A DNA stretch of 64,000 nucleotides from Candidatus Nanoarchaeia archaeon (GTDB taxonomy: Archaea > Nanobdellota > Nanobdellia > JAQUSD01). Positions 20,695 through 28,876 of this stretch are shown in pieces. The position numbers and the translations under genes are program-made. How positions within the stretch are numbered: the first letter of the stretch is position 1; each line of letters begins with the position of its first letter. The stretch lies in contig JAQUSD010000002.1 in the NCBI GenBank assembly GCA_028715295.1, forward strand, positions 3,385-67,384, written 5' to 3'. The notes under the pieces are model-generated. The model was given only the letters and a program-made list of their open reading frames with translations, did no database searches and had not been told where the DNA came from.

Positions 20695-20703
20695 TTTATA
20701 AAT
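20695..20703 (+). promoter_or_regulatory. TATA box (TTTATAAAT) about 27 nt upstream of the tRNA-Pro 5' end
   Basis: Seen in the sequence. Spacing fits an archaeal promoter. Confidence 0.45.
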
Positions 20704-20729
20704 CAACTTGTCTTCAACAGAAATTACAT

Positions 20730-20803
20730 GGGGTTGTAGTCTAACTTGGTTAGGATCCGGGGTTTGGGACCCTGAGATCCCGGTTCAAATCCGGGCAACC
20801 CCA
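20730..20803 (+). tRNA. tRNA-Pro (anticodon UGG), no encoded CCA
   Basis: GC-rich 74-nt segment. Acceptor stem GGGGTTG/CAACCCC, anticodon stem CGGGG/CCCTG with loop TTTGGGA, and a GGTTCAAATCC T-arm. Confidence 0.8.
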
Positions 20804-20846
20804 TTTATTGCAAACATATATAAATATACATGGAGTGGTTTCAAAA

Positions 20847-21071
20847 ATGACTAATGCAGTAAAAAAAACAAAGAAAAGTTCAGCAAAAAGATACGGTGCG
20901 AGATACGGAATAAAGTTAAGAAAAAGAGTAAATGAAATTGAAAGATTACAGAAATCAAAACATAATTGTCCTAAATGCAGAAAGTCCTCAGTTAAGAGAA
21001 TCAGTGTTGGACTTTATGAATGCAGAAAATGCAGTGTTAAATTTGCAGGAAAAGCATATCTGCCGGAGTGA
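20847..21071 (+). CDS. rpl37ae: Ribosomal protein L37ae (L43e)
   Basis: 'KKTKKSSAKRYGARYGIKLRK...CPKC...CRKC' zinc ribbon. The track ORF starts at TTG 20808; the ATG at 20847 is more likely. Confidence 0.8.
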   Translation: MTNAVKKTKKSSAKRYGARYGIKLRKRVNEIERLQKSKHNCPKCRKSSVKRISVGLYECRKCSVKFAGKAYLPE

Positions 21072-21077
21072 TAAAAA

Positions 21078-21218
21078 ATGTCAGAATATAAATGCTTAAA
21101 TTGCGGAAGAGTGATTGAAAAAGAGGATATACTTCGCAGAGTTAGATGCGTATACTGTGGTTCTAAAATATTATTCAAGGAAAAACCAACCATAGTTAAA
21201 AAACTAAAGGCAAGATGA
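21078..21218 (+). CDS. rpoP: RNA polymerase subunit P (Rpo12), 46 aa (below the ORF-track cutoff)
   Basis: Own translation: MSEYKCLNCGRVIEKEDILRRVRCVYCGSKILFKEKPTIVKKLKAR. CxxC..CxxC ribbon directly after L37ae, as in the archaeal superoperon. Confidence 0.7.
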   Translation: MSEYKCLNCGRVIEKEDILRRVRCVYCGSKILFKEKPTIVKKLKAR

Positions 21219-21454
21219 AATTTTCAATTGGAACAATAATTGAATTTGAAAACAAAGGTGAAGCTGAAAGATATTACCAATGCCTTTATCCGGAAATATC
21301 TGATATAAAAAAGGGAAAGGCAAAGATAAGACTTGACAAAGAAAAACTTAAAATAGAGATAAAGGCAGAAGAAATAACAACAGCCAAAGCCCTTATAAGT
21401 TCACAGCTACGCTTGATTGAAGCAGTAAAAAAAACAGAGAAGATGATAGAATGA
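21215..21454 (+). CDS. Small conserved protein, candidate KEOPS subunit Pcc1
   Basis: 79 aa, lying between rpoP and prefoldin beta. Call rests on size and position in the exosome/L37ae/RpoP/prefoldin neighbourhood; there is no strong motif. Confidence 0.4.
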   Translation: MKFSIGTIIEFENKGEAERYYQCLYPEISDIKKGKAKIRLDKEKLKIEIKAEEITTAKALISSQLRLIEAVKKTEKMIE

Positions 21455-21774
21455 AAGATGATAAAGAAAAAAATACAATCATGCAGTTCCAGCAGACTCA
21501 GCAACAGGTACAAATTCTTATGATGCAGAAACAGAACTTACAGATTCAGCTTAATGAGGTAGAAAATGCTTTAGAAGAAATCTCAAAAAGCGAAGGTAGT
21601 GAAGTTTATCAGATGGTTGGAACTATAATGATAAAAAAAGATATTGAAAAAATAAAAAAAGAACTTGATGAAAAAAAAGAGACTGTGGCTCTAAGAGTTT
21701 CGGTAGTTGACAAACAGATAGAAAAATTCAATACAAAACTTATTGAGCTTCAAAAATCCCTTAAAGGTGGTTAA
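21451..21774 (+). CDS. pfdB: Prefoldin beta subunit
   Basis: 107 aa coiled-coil protein 'QQVQILMMQKQNLQIQLNEVENALEEI'. Conserved neighbour of RpoP. Confidence 0.75.
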   Translation: MKDDKEKNTIMQFQQTQQQVQILMMQKQNLQIQLNEVENALEEISKSEGSEVYQMVGTIMIKKDIEKIKKELDEKKETVALRVSVVDKQIEKFNTKLIELQKSLKGG

Positions 21775-21775
21775 A

Positions 21776-22024
21776 ATGGCTTCTGAAAAGATTGATGAGG
21801 CAGTTGAAATTTTAGACGAGCTTTACAATGACAAAACAATACCTAAAAACATTAAAGCATTAATAACAAACGTGAAACAGGAACTGCAAAGCAACAAAGA
21901 TAAGGATATAAAAATTGATTCAGCACTTCTCATAATTGATTCTATTGCAAATGATACAAATCTTCCAGTTTATGCAAGGACACAGGTATGGAAAGCAGTT
22001 AGCATTCTTGAATCAGAAGAATGA
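21776..22024 (+). CDS. UPF0147-family small helical protein
   Basis: Duplicated 'P(K/V)NI(K/R)A..' / 'PVYARTQVWKAVSILE' helical hairpin pattern. Start taken at the ATG just after the pfdB stop. Confidence 0.45.
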   Translation: MASEKIDEAVEILDELYNDKTIPKNIKALITNVKQELQSNKDKDIKIDSALLIIDSIANDTNLPVYARTQVWKAVSILESEE

Positions 22025-22681
22025 TTTAAAGTAGTTTTTTACCTGGAAAAGATTTTCAAAAACATCTTTTGTATATGTTCTTGCTTTCAACGCACTTAAT
22101 TGTCCTGTTGTTACTGCTATGAATCTAATGCTCGCTTTTCTGCATGCAACAGCATCATATTCTGAATCACCAACATAAACAGCATCTTCCGGTGATGTGT
22201 AAAGTTTCCTGCATGCAAGAAGGATCATATCAGGACTTGGTTTTGCATGTTCAACTTCGTCTCTCCCTATTATTTTATGTATATATTTCTTTAGCATAGT
22301 TTTTTTTAGGAATGCGTCTATCTCTGCTCTTGATGAAGAAGATGCTACAGCAGTTTTAATTTCCATTTTATTAAGATATTTCAAAACTGACTTAGCGCCT
22401 CTTAATTTTTTAATATAACTCAAATTGTGTTTTATTAAATGTCTGTTTCTCAATTTTTCATATTTTTTATTATCTATGTTGCTGATCTCTGGGAAAACAT
22501 GTTCTTTTATTATTGTACGGTAATCCTTACCGAAACATCTGTAAATAACTCTGTCGTAACCTTTTGGTTTTTGATAACCCAATTCTTTAGAGATTTTTTC
22601 AATAACATATGTTGTCGCTCGTGAATGGGCCTCTATACTGTCTACAAGAGTGCCGTCCATATCAAATACAACTGCTTTCAT
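22013..22681 (-). CDS. HAD-superfamily hydrolase
   Basis: 222 aa. Motif I 'VVFDMDGTLVDS'. Confidence 0.7.
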   Translation of the reverse strand: MKAVVFDMDGTLVDSIEAHSRATTYVIEKISKELGYQKPKGYDRVIYRCFGKDYRTIIKEHVFPEISNIDNKKYEKLRNRHLIKHNLSYIKKLRGAKSVLKYLNKMEIKTAVASSSSRAEIDAFLKKTMLKKYIHKIIGRDEVEHAKPSPDMILLACRKLYTSPEDAVYVGDSEYDAVACRKASIRFIAVTTGQLSALKARTYTKDVFENLFQVKNYFKSFF

Positions 22682-23562
22682 AAATACATCAATATTATTC
22701 CAAGTACAACAAGCATCACAACAGGAACGAATACATTAATGCCTCCTGTACTAAGAAGTTCAAGGCAGACTGCCTTTGATGATGTTGTTGTAAAAGGATT
22801 GAAAAAAGTAAATATGCATGACATTTTATTCTTAAGTGAAACATCAGCAGGAACTTTTAAAATATCAAGTATTGAATAAGCATTTACAAGCTCCCCAATT
22901 TCCAAAGAAGATATTCTAGGTGATATAAAATCAAGATATGCAGTTCTTGAATCAGTAAAGTTATATGAAAGCTGTTCCATAATTTTAACAGCAAAATAAG
23001 TGCTTTTTATATCCCCCACAAGAGGATCCTGAAAGGAAGCATAACCATTGTCTGATGCAAGACTTTTTTGGAGTGTTGACTCAATACTTTCTTTTGATGG
23101 AAGGGTTTCATTGAGATATTTGTAAATCATAACATAACTGTTAACCTGTTCAGGACCAAACCACCCTTTATTTGAATTTTGTTCATATACCAGATTTGCA
23201 TACCTTACAATCTGTTCTTTTCTTGAAAGAGTTATCCTGTTCATCTGATTTAGATTATAAAGTATTTCAAGAGCTTTTGACGTGCATATTAATTCTCTAC
23301 CCATGGTGTTATTTTCAGCGCATTTAAAATAGCCTTCTTCACTATATCTGCTGTTTGCAAATATTGCAAGAGATTCCTTATCAACAAGAAAACTCATGGA
23401 ATGTCTGTCAAGTGCATTTAATATATCTATTGATGTTTCAAGTCTTGGTTCATATTCTGAAAGAAAATCGTCGCTCCAGCCCCCTTTTTGTGCAAATCGT
23501 ACACCTACAAAAGGAAGCACTGCAAGGAAAATTATTATGCCCCCGATAAGCTTTGATTTCAT
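22678..23562 (-). CDS. Hypothetical extracytoplasmic protein with N- and C-terminal hydrophobic anchors
   Basis: 294 aa. N-terminal 'IIIFLAVLPFVGV' and C-terminal 'VFVPVVMLVVLGIILMYL' hydrophobic segments. Confidence 0.35.
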   Translation of the reverse strand: MKSKLIGGIIIFLAVLPFVGVRFAQKGGWSDDFLSEYEPRLETSIDILNALDRHSMSFLVDKESLAIFANSRYSEEGYFKCAENNTMGRELICTSKALEILYNLNQMNRITLSRKEQIVRYANLVYEQNSNKGWFGPEQVNSYVMIYKYLNETLPSKESIESTLQKSLASDNGYASFQDPLVGDIKSTYFAVKIMEQLSYNFTDSRTAYLDFISPRISSLEIGELVNAYSILDILKVPADVSLKNKMSCIFTFFNPFTTTSSKAVCLELLSTGGINVFVPVVMLVVLGIILMYL

Positions 23563-23786
23563 AGTAATTTAACCTCAAACCCCAAATCCCTAAGTGAATT
23601 CATCAGTCTTAACCCTCTTGAAAGCCCGACATGGCTTGCAAACTCAATGCTGGACAGTATGCTTTTCATCCTTATTCTTGTTTCCTTCCCAAGAAGCTCA
23701 ACAGAGAGCAAATCATTTCCATCTATGTTTATGCTGATTTCTCCTCTTGCGCTCTTTAAGTGCATACCTGCCAGTTTTGCTAACAT
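23559..23786 (-). CDS. Hypothetical protein, in frame with and abutting the upstream ORF
   Basis: 75 aa. Its ATG follows immediately after the TAA of ORF 23787..24089 in the same frame. Confidence 0.3.
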   Translation of the reverse strand: MLAKLAGMHLKSARGEISINIDGNDLLSVELLGKETRIRMKSILSSIEFASHVGLSRGLRLMNSLRDLGFEVKLL

Positions 23787-24089
23787 TTACTTGCCTCTTT
23801 TTTTTCTTGTTGCTATTGTAAAGTCTGCATTTCCAGAAAGGGAAAGTTCAGTTTTTCCAAAGGTAAATTTGACGCCGTCAAGCTTGAAGCTTATGTTTGC
23901 CTCTCTTCCATTCATTATTTCCATAAAATCTTCTATTGTTTTCTGCTCTTTCTCAACTACGCCAGATATTATCCTTGAAATTTTTTCAATAATAACCTCT
24001 TCGTCTGATTTTTCTGATTTAGCCAAAATAACCACCTGATAAAGAATAAGACTGGATTTGTATTTATTACTTTTGTTTTTTAAATACAT
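23787..24089 (-). CDS. Hypothetical protein
   Basis: 100 aa ORF. Confidence 0.3.
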   Translation of the reverse strand: MYLKNKSNKYKSSLILYQVVILAKSEKSDEEVIIEKISRIISGVVEKEQKTIEDFMEIMNGREANISFKLDGVKFTFGKTELSLSGNADFTIATRKKRGK

Positions 24090-24128
24090 CTAAATAAGAA
24101 GGATACAAAATAATAAAAATAAAATGTT

Positions 24129-24329
24129 TTATTTGCCAAGTGCTTTTGCCATTGGTTTTATAGCTGCCAGTGCAAAGATAAGGGCATACCAATACCAGTC
24201 CAAACTAAGCAAAGGCATCCAAAGTTTTGCTATCATAAGACTAAAACCCGCAACACTTAACTTTACCAGTGCCATGTCTGTCCAATTCAGTTTCTTAACT
24301 TTTGAATTAGCCCACTTTAAAAAACTCAA
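24129..24329 (-). CDS. Small hydrophobic (membrane) protein
   Basis: 66 aa with two hydrophobic stretches. Confidence 0.3.
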   Translation of the reverse strand: MSFLKWANSKVKKLNWTDMALVKLSVAGFSLMIAKLWMPLLSLDWYWYALIFALAAIKPMAKALGK

Positions 24330-24377
24330 CTAACATCCACCTCCAAGTATTAACATAAAATTCACATTATAAATAAA

Positions 24378-24572
24378 TTATGTTTTAGGTCCTGATTTAT
24401 TGATTGCATTAAGAACAAACTTCTCAAATGTAAGCCCTTCTGTTATTCTTTTTGCTGACTCTTTTGGGAACGCATAAGTTATTTTTTGTATTTGATTTTC
24501 ATAATCTCTTTTAAGCTGTGAAACATCAAGTCCGGCAGCCATGGCTTTCCTGTATAAGTCCATATCCAGCAT
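24378..24572 (-). CDS. Hypothetical small protein
   Basis: 64 aa ORF. Confidence 0.25.
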   Translation of the reverse strand: MLDMDLYRKAMAAGLDVSQLKRDYENQIQKITYAFPKESAKRITEGLTFEKFVLNAINKSGPKT

Positions 24573-24677
24573 ATTGTAGTTTATTGTATTAACTAATAAA
24601 AAGGTTTCAATTTATTTCAGGCAACATACAAAAAGTATTTAAAGCATACAATAGTATGATAAAAACCTTAAAAAGAG

Positions 24678-25025
24678 ATGAATAAAATGGAAAATAACAA
24701 TATTGAGGACATAGGGATGGGTGACCCAATTATATTTGAAAATATGCTTGAGTCAGTCACTGCCAACAGCAATAAAAAAGAAAAAGCGGATAAGGGTGAT
24801 CTAAACAAAAGAATAGATGATGTTCTTTTAAACATTACACGTGAAGAAGCAGAGAATGCTGGATCTCTTCTAATTGCATATATAAAAGTTAACGGCACAA
24901 AATATGCATCAAATATACTCAAGGCAAAACCAACAGAGATTTTAACAACAGCAGGAAATTATGTGAACATTGAACATCATGTCACCTTGCTTGAAAAGTA
25001 TATCAAAACAAGAAGAAAAGCTTAA
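24678..25025 (+). CDS. Hypothetical protein
   Basis: 115 aa ORF. Confidence 0.3.
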   Translation: MNKMENNNIEDIGMGDPIIFENMLESVTANSNKKEKADKGDLNKRIDDVLLNITREEAENAGSLLIAYIKVNGTKYASNILKAKPTEILTTAGNYVNIEHHVTLLEKYIKTRRKA

Positions 25026-25858
25026 TCTTTAAACTTAAATGTTAGGCATTTATGTATTATTTTTGATGCGTGCAGTGAAGTCAAATCAGGGGATTTGGAC
25101 ATCACTTCAACCATATCCACTGCAAATACATCTGTACTCTCAAATATTGATTTTAAAACCTCAATAATTTCAAAATGGGAATAGCCGTCGGGTTCTGGAT
25201 AATCCACTTCTGGCGCAAACACAGGGTCAAGAATATCAATGTCAATTGATAAATACCACTTTGATTTTGTTTTGAGAAACTCTTTAAGCTGTTCTTCATC
25301 ATAAGCGACTTTTAAATTATTATTTTTTATAAAATTAGCTTCTTCCTTTGAACAGGAGCGTATTCCAAAAAGAACAATATTTTCTTTTGGGAAAAAATCA
25401 AGAAGTCTTCTTAAAACTGTTGTATTGGACATTGCTACCCCAAAGGTGCCCGGATGCTGTTCTTTTAAGTCAGAATGGGCGTCAAACCATACCACTCCAA
25501 AATCAGTGCTGTTAAATGACTTAATAAATGAATATGTTGAAAGATGATTTTTTCCGATGAAGATATTGAATTTGTTTTTATTAGTACTAGGAATACTGTT
25601 AAAATCGCCGGCATCATGTATTCTAACACTTTTAAATAAGTCAAAATCCTCATCAATATCATAACCTTCAAGATTGTTCAAGGATTTTATAATATTCTCA
25701 TTTCTTCCAAGTCCGGTTATAACTGCTTGTGAATCTTCCAAAGTATAAACTGCACCCTCTACTTTCATAAGAATATTAAGCAGAGTAATAGTGTTATAAA
25801 AGTTATGGTTAATCGTCCATGCCAGAGGCATTGTCAGGAAGTATCTCTCCTTTGTCAA
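25022..25858 (-). CDS. Arginase/agmatinase-family ureohydrolase (start uncertain)
   Basis: 'VVWFDAHSDL' (DAHxD) and 'SIDIDILDP' (DxDxxDP) metal-binding motifs. The N-terminal ~30 aa overlap the SepF-like gene, so the start is probably further downstream. Confidence 0.6.
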   Translation of the reverse strand: MTKERYFLTMPLAWTINHNFYNTITLLNILMKVEGAVYTLEDSQAVITGLGRNENIIKSLNNLEGYDIDEDFDLFKSVRIHDAGDFNSIPSTNKNKFNIFIGKNHLSTYSFIKSFNSTDFGVVWFDAHSDLKEQHPGTFGVAMSNTTVLRRLLDFFPKENIVLFGIRSCSKEEANFIKNNNLKVAYDEEQLKEFLKTKSKWYLSIDIDILDPVFAPEVDYPEPDGYSHFEIIEVLKSIFESTDVFAVDMVEVMSKSPDLTSLHASKIIHKCLTFKFKD

Positions 25859-26210
25859 CCTTTACATAAGAAGGAGTAGCAACAACCCAGTTCTCATCCA
25901 CACCAATTAAAGAGCCTCCCATTGCTTCGCAGGTTTTCTTTATTTTTGCAATTGCCCTCCTAAGTTCACTGATGTCTTTTGTTTTAAGCTGATTTATTTT
26001 CATTAATGCAATTGTATGTCCTTCTCTTAAACCTGAGATTATTGATTTAATATCTGAAAAATCCTTAAGTATGTAATACTTAAACATTATATTTGCAGTT
26101 GCATCCCTTCCCATTTCAGGGGAAAGTTCAATAAAGTCACCTTTTTTAGTTGCAACATATGTAGTTTCTTCTTCATCAGAAAGGAATTTTTTTATTTTTC
26201 CAAAAACCAT
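25809..26210 (-). CDS. sepF: SepF-like (DUF552) cell-division protein
   Basis: 133 aa. 'GHTIALMKINQL...RRAIAKIKKTCEAMGGSLIGVDENWVVATPSYVKV' fits the SepF core pattern. Confidence 0.5.
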   Translation of the reverse strand: MVFGKIKKFLSDEEETTYVATKKGDFIELSPEMGRDATANIMFKYYILKDFSDIKSIISGLREGHTIALMKINQLKTKDISELRRAIAKIKKTCEAMGGSLIGVDENWVVATPSYVKVDKGEILPDNASGMDD

Positions 26211-26283
26211 TTTAATAACCTCACCCGCTGTATCTAATCTTATTTTAACGGGTATAGTTTAATAAAGCTTTTTGTTGACTTTA

Positions 26284-26595
26284 TTAAACTACAACTTTTA
26301 TATTTGGAAAACCTTCTTTCAAATATTTCCAAATATGCGGGCAGAATTCTTTACCATTGTCATTGTTGTAAATAATCATCCCATCGCATCCGGGAATATC
26401 CATAAGTGGCCTGCAGTAATAAACGGGTTTTAATTCAGTTTCAAGATGTTTTATGCGTTTTGATGCAGGACATACCTTTATTTCAAAAGGTTTGTCGCCC
26501 AATGCCAAGGTTTCCAGTTTTTCTTTTGAGTTCATTATACTAAAATTAACAACAGAAACAGTTAAAAAACTTACAAAAAATGTTTTTTTCTTCAT
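26284..26595 (-). CDS. Small secreted Cys-containing protein
   Basis: 103 aa with an N-terminal signal-like hydrophobic segment and several Cys. Confidence 0.3.
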   Translation of the reverse strand: MKKKTFFVSFLTVSVVNFSIMNSKEKLETLALGDKPFEIKVCPASKRIKHLETELKPVYYCRPLMDIPGCDGMIIYNNDNGKEFCPHIWKYLKEGFPNIKVVV

Positions 26596-26628
26596 TTAAG
26601 AGAAGTATGTGTGTAGGCTAAACAAAAA

Positions 26629-26883
26629 TTATTTTCTTTTTACAGGTTTTTTAGATTTTTTAGAAAGCTTTTTTTTCAGCCTTACTCTTAACCCTTGTTT
26701 AGATGCTGAAAGTTTTTTGCACTTTTTAATCCCCATCTTTGTTTCATAAGACTGTCTGCATGTTTTTTTGTCAATATTGCATACACCCTTATTTAACTTT
26801 ACACATACCATAACATCACCTGCACACTGGACTCGGTTGAGAGACAAAACATCCGATAAATATCGTTTGCCCACAAACAACAC
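26629..26883 (-). CDS. Small basic Lys-rich Cys-containing protein
   Basis: 84 aa with a K-rich C-terminus and several Cys. Function not recognised. Confidence 0.3.
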   Translation of the reverse strand: MLFVGKRYLSDVLSLNRVQCAGDVMVCVKLNKGVCNIDKKTCRQSYETKMGIKKCKKLSASKQGLRVRLKKKLSKKSKKPVKRK

Positions 26884-27086
26884 ATGGGATGTTGCATGCT
26901 ACTCTCAGACACATAAATTAACTTGTATTTGACATCACAATGGAAGGTGTAGTCCAGTCCCATCGTAATATTGGGCGTCAAGGTACAGAGGTTTTATTTG
27001 CCAGCTGTTTCAGAGCCAACCGAATTGTCCGTGACTAATTTTACATAGAAAATCTTTCATATATAAATGTTATTATAAAATTTAAA

Positions 27087-27193
27087 GGGCAGTTTGTTGC
27101 TTTCCCGCGCTTGCGCAGTACCGGCAACAACCCAAAAAGGCTTGATTACCGTGTTCGGAATGGGAACGGATATGCCCTTTTTGGTATGACCGC
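27087..27193 (-). rRNA. 5S rRNA
   Basis: The minus strand reads GCGGTCATACCAAAAAGGGCATATCCGTTCCCATTCCGAACACGGTAATCAAGCC...GGTACTGCGCAAGCGCGGGAAAGC.., which contains the universal 5S motifs (GCGGUCAUA, CCGAACACGG-AAGUUAAGCC-like, GUACUG, GGGAA). Local GC is elevated. The ends are approximate. Confidence 0.65.
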
Positions 27194-27215
27194 TGAAAAG
27201 AATAATCTAAAACGT

Positions 27216-27225
27216 ATTTATAAAG
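27216..27225 (-). promoter_or_regulatory. TATA box (TTTATAAATA on the minus strand) about 27 nt upstream of the 5S 5' end
   Basis: Seen in the sequence. Spacing fits archaeal TATA-to-start distance. Confidence 0.45.
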
Positions 27226-27294
27226 GTTTTGATGCTATTGGTTTGTAAAAACAAATGATTTAAAAACCTGAAAATAAGCAGAAATAGAAGCAAA

Positions 27295-28656
27295 ATGGTA
27301 TTAGAAAATCTTGGTTCATCACTGAAAGATACAATACAGAAAGCAATAAGATATGCTGTTCTGGATAAAAACCAGATTAATGAGATTGTTAAAGACATAC
27401 AGCGTGCTCTTATCAGCGCTGATGTAGACATTAAATTAGTCTTTGAACTGACTAATAGAATTAAGAAAAAACTTCTTGAAGAAGATGTTCCCAAGGGCTT
27501 GTCAAAAAGAGAATATTTAGTTAAACTGCTTTATACTGAACTTGCAAATCTTTTAGGTGATGAAGGACACAAAATAAAAATTGAGAAAAAGCCTTTCAAA
27601 ATAATGCTGATTGGACTTTATGGCTCTGGAAAAACAACAACATGTTCAAAGCTTGCTAAGTTCTTTACAAAACGCGGATACAAAGTGTGCATGGCTGGAA
27701 CTGATACATGGCGTCCAGCTGCGCAGGAGCAGATTGAACAATTGGGAAAAGCAATAAAAGTTGACACTTTTATTGATAAAACTGCAAAGAAACCTGTTGA
27801 TGTTATTAAGAAACACAAAAAAGCAATTGAAAAATATGATGTAATAATTATAGATACTGCTGGAAGAAATGCACTTGATAAACAGCTTGAAAAAGAACTT
27901 AAAGAAGTTGATAAGGAGATAAAAAGCAATGAAAGGATTCTAGTTCTCTCAGGAGACATTGGGCAAAATGCTAAAATTCAGGCTGAAAACTTCCACAAAG
28001 CAGTTGGTGTTACAGGAGTTATTTTAACCAAAATGGACACAACTGCAAAAGGGGGCGGGGCATTGTCTGCCTGTGCAATAACAAAAACGCCTGTTAAATT
28101 CATAGGTGTTGGGGAAAAATCTGAAGCTCTTGAAGAATTTGAACCAAAAAGATTTGTTTCGAGAATGCTCGGCATGGGTGATATGGAAACTCTTCTTGAA
28201 AAAGTTAAGGAAGCTACTGAAGGAGATGAAAAAAAACTTGAGGAACTTGGCAGGAAAATGCTTAATGGAAAATTCAGCCTTCTTGACTTAAATGAACAGC
28301 TTAAAGCAATGAATAAGATGGGGCCTCTTTCAGGCATAATGAATCTTATACCTGGAATTGGGGGTATGAAAATACCAAAGGACGCCCTTAACATGCAGGA
28401 AGGCGAATTAAAGAAGTTTAATTATATTATGAACAGCATGACTCTTGAAGAATTAGAAGAGCCGGATGTTCTTACAAAAACAAGAATTGAAAGAATTGCA
28501 AAGGGTTCAGGAACAAGCGTTGCTGAAGTGAGAGAATTAATCAAGAAATACAGGCAGATGAAAAAAGTAATGAAGACTATGAGTGGCGGAAATCTAAAAA
28601 GAATGATGAAGAAAATGGGTATTAAAAACATGAAACAATTTGAGAATATGATGTGA
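27295..28656 (+). CDS. srp54: Signal recognition particle protein SRP54
   Basis: 453 aa. 'LIGLYGSGKTTT' P-loop, 'DTAGR' motif and a Met-rich C-terminal M-domain. Confidence 0.9.
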   Translation: MVLENLGSSLKDTIQKAIRYAVLDKNQINEIVKDIQRALISADVDIKLVFELTNRIKKKLLEEDVPKGLSKREYLVKLLYTELANLLGDEGHKIKIEKKPFKIMLIGLYGSGKTTTCSKLAKFFTKRGYKVCMAGTDTWRPAAQEQIEQLGKAIKVDTFIDKTAKKPVDVIKKHKKAIEKYDVIIIDTAGRNALDKQLEKELKEVDKEIKSNERILVLSGDIGQNAKIQAENFHKAVGVTGVILTKMDTTAKGGGALSACAITKTPVKFIGVGEKSEALEEFEPKRFVSRMLGMGDMETLLEKVKEATEGDEKKLEELGRKMLNGKFSLLDLNEQLKAMNKMGPLSGIMNLIPGIGGMKIPKDALNMQEGELKKFNYIMNSMTLEELEEPDVLTKTRIERIAKGSGTSVAEVRELIKKYRQMKKVMKTMSGGNLKRMMKKMGIKNMKQFENMM

Positions 28657-28658
28657 TA

Positions 28659-28742
28659 ATGATGAGTAAATGTTCGAAATGCGGGAGGAAACTTTTGAAT
28701 GCGAAGCTTTCGAAAGTTGGAATGGATTGGAGTTGTGAATAA
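28659..28742 (+). CDS. Tiny ORF (27 aa), degenerate copy of the following zinc-ribbon ORF
   Basis: Own translation: MMSKCSKCGRKLLNAKLSKVGMDWSCE. Clear DNA and protein similarity to the next ORF (AAATGTTCGAAATGCGGGAGGAAA vs AAGTGTTCAAAATGTGGGAAGAAAA). Confidence 0.25.
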   Translation: MMSKCSKCGRKLLNAKLSKVGMDWSCE

Positions 28743-28744
28743 GT

Positions 28745-28876
28745 ATGGCTGATAAGTGTTCAAAATGTGGGAAGAAAATTGAAAAAACATTCTTAGATAA
28801 AATAGTAGGCACTTATGTCAAAGAAAAAGGAGAACTTAAGATTATATGTAGAGATTGCCAAAGAATTAAGAAATAA
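28745..28876 (+). CDS. Tiny zinc-ribbon protein (43 aa, CxxC..CxxC)
   Basis: Own translation: MADKCSKCGKKIEKTFLDKIVGTYVKEKGELKIICRDCQRIKK. Confidence 0.35.
   Translation: MADKCSKCGKKIEKTFLDKIVGTYVKEKGELKIICRDCQRIKK

Noticed and set aside
20808-20846. Track start for L37ae (TTG at 20808, 5 nt after the tRNA)
   Set aside because: It begins almost inside the tRNA 3' end and uses TTG. The ATG at 20847 gives the canonical L37ae N-terminus.
26799-26981. 60-aa ORF from the track
   Set aside because: It lies in the non-coding flank of the 5S gene, has odd composition and no start context. It is likely spurious.
26884-27086. Searched this region for an SRP RNA next to srp54
   Set aside because: I could not find the helix-8 GNAR/AGCAGG-type conserved motifs on either strand. 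What I can support here is only the 5S rRNA and a non-coding flank.
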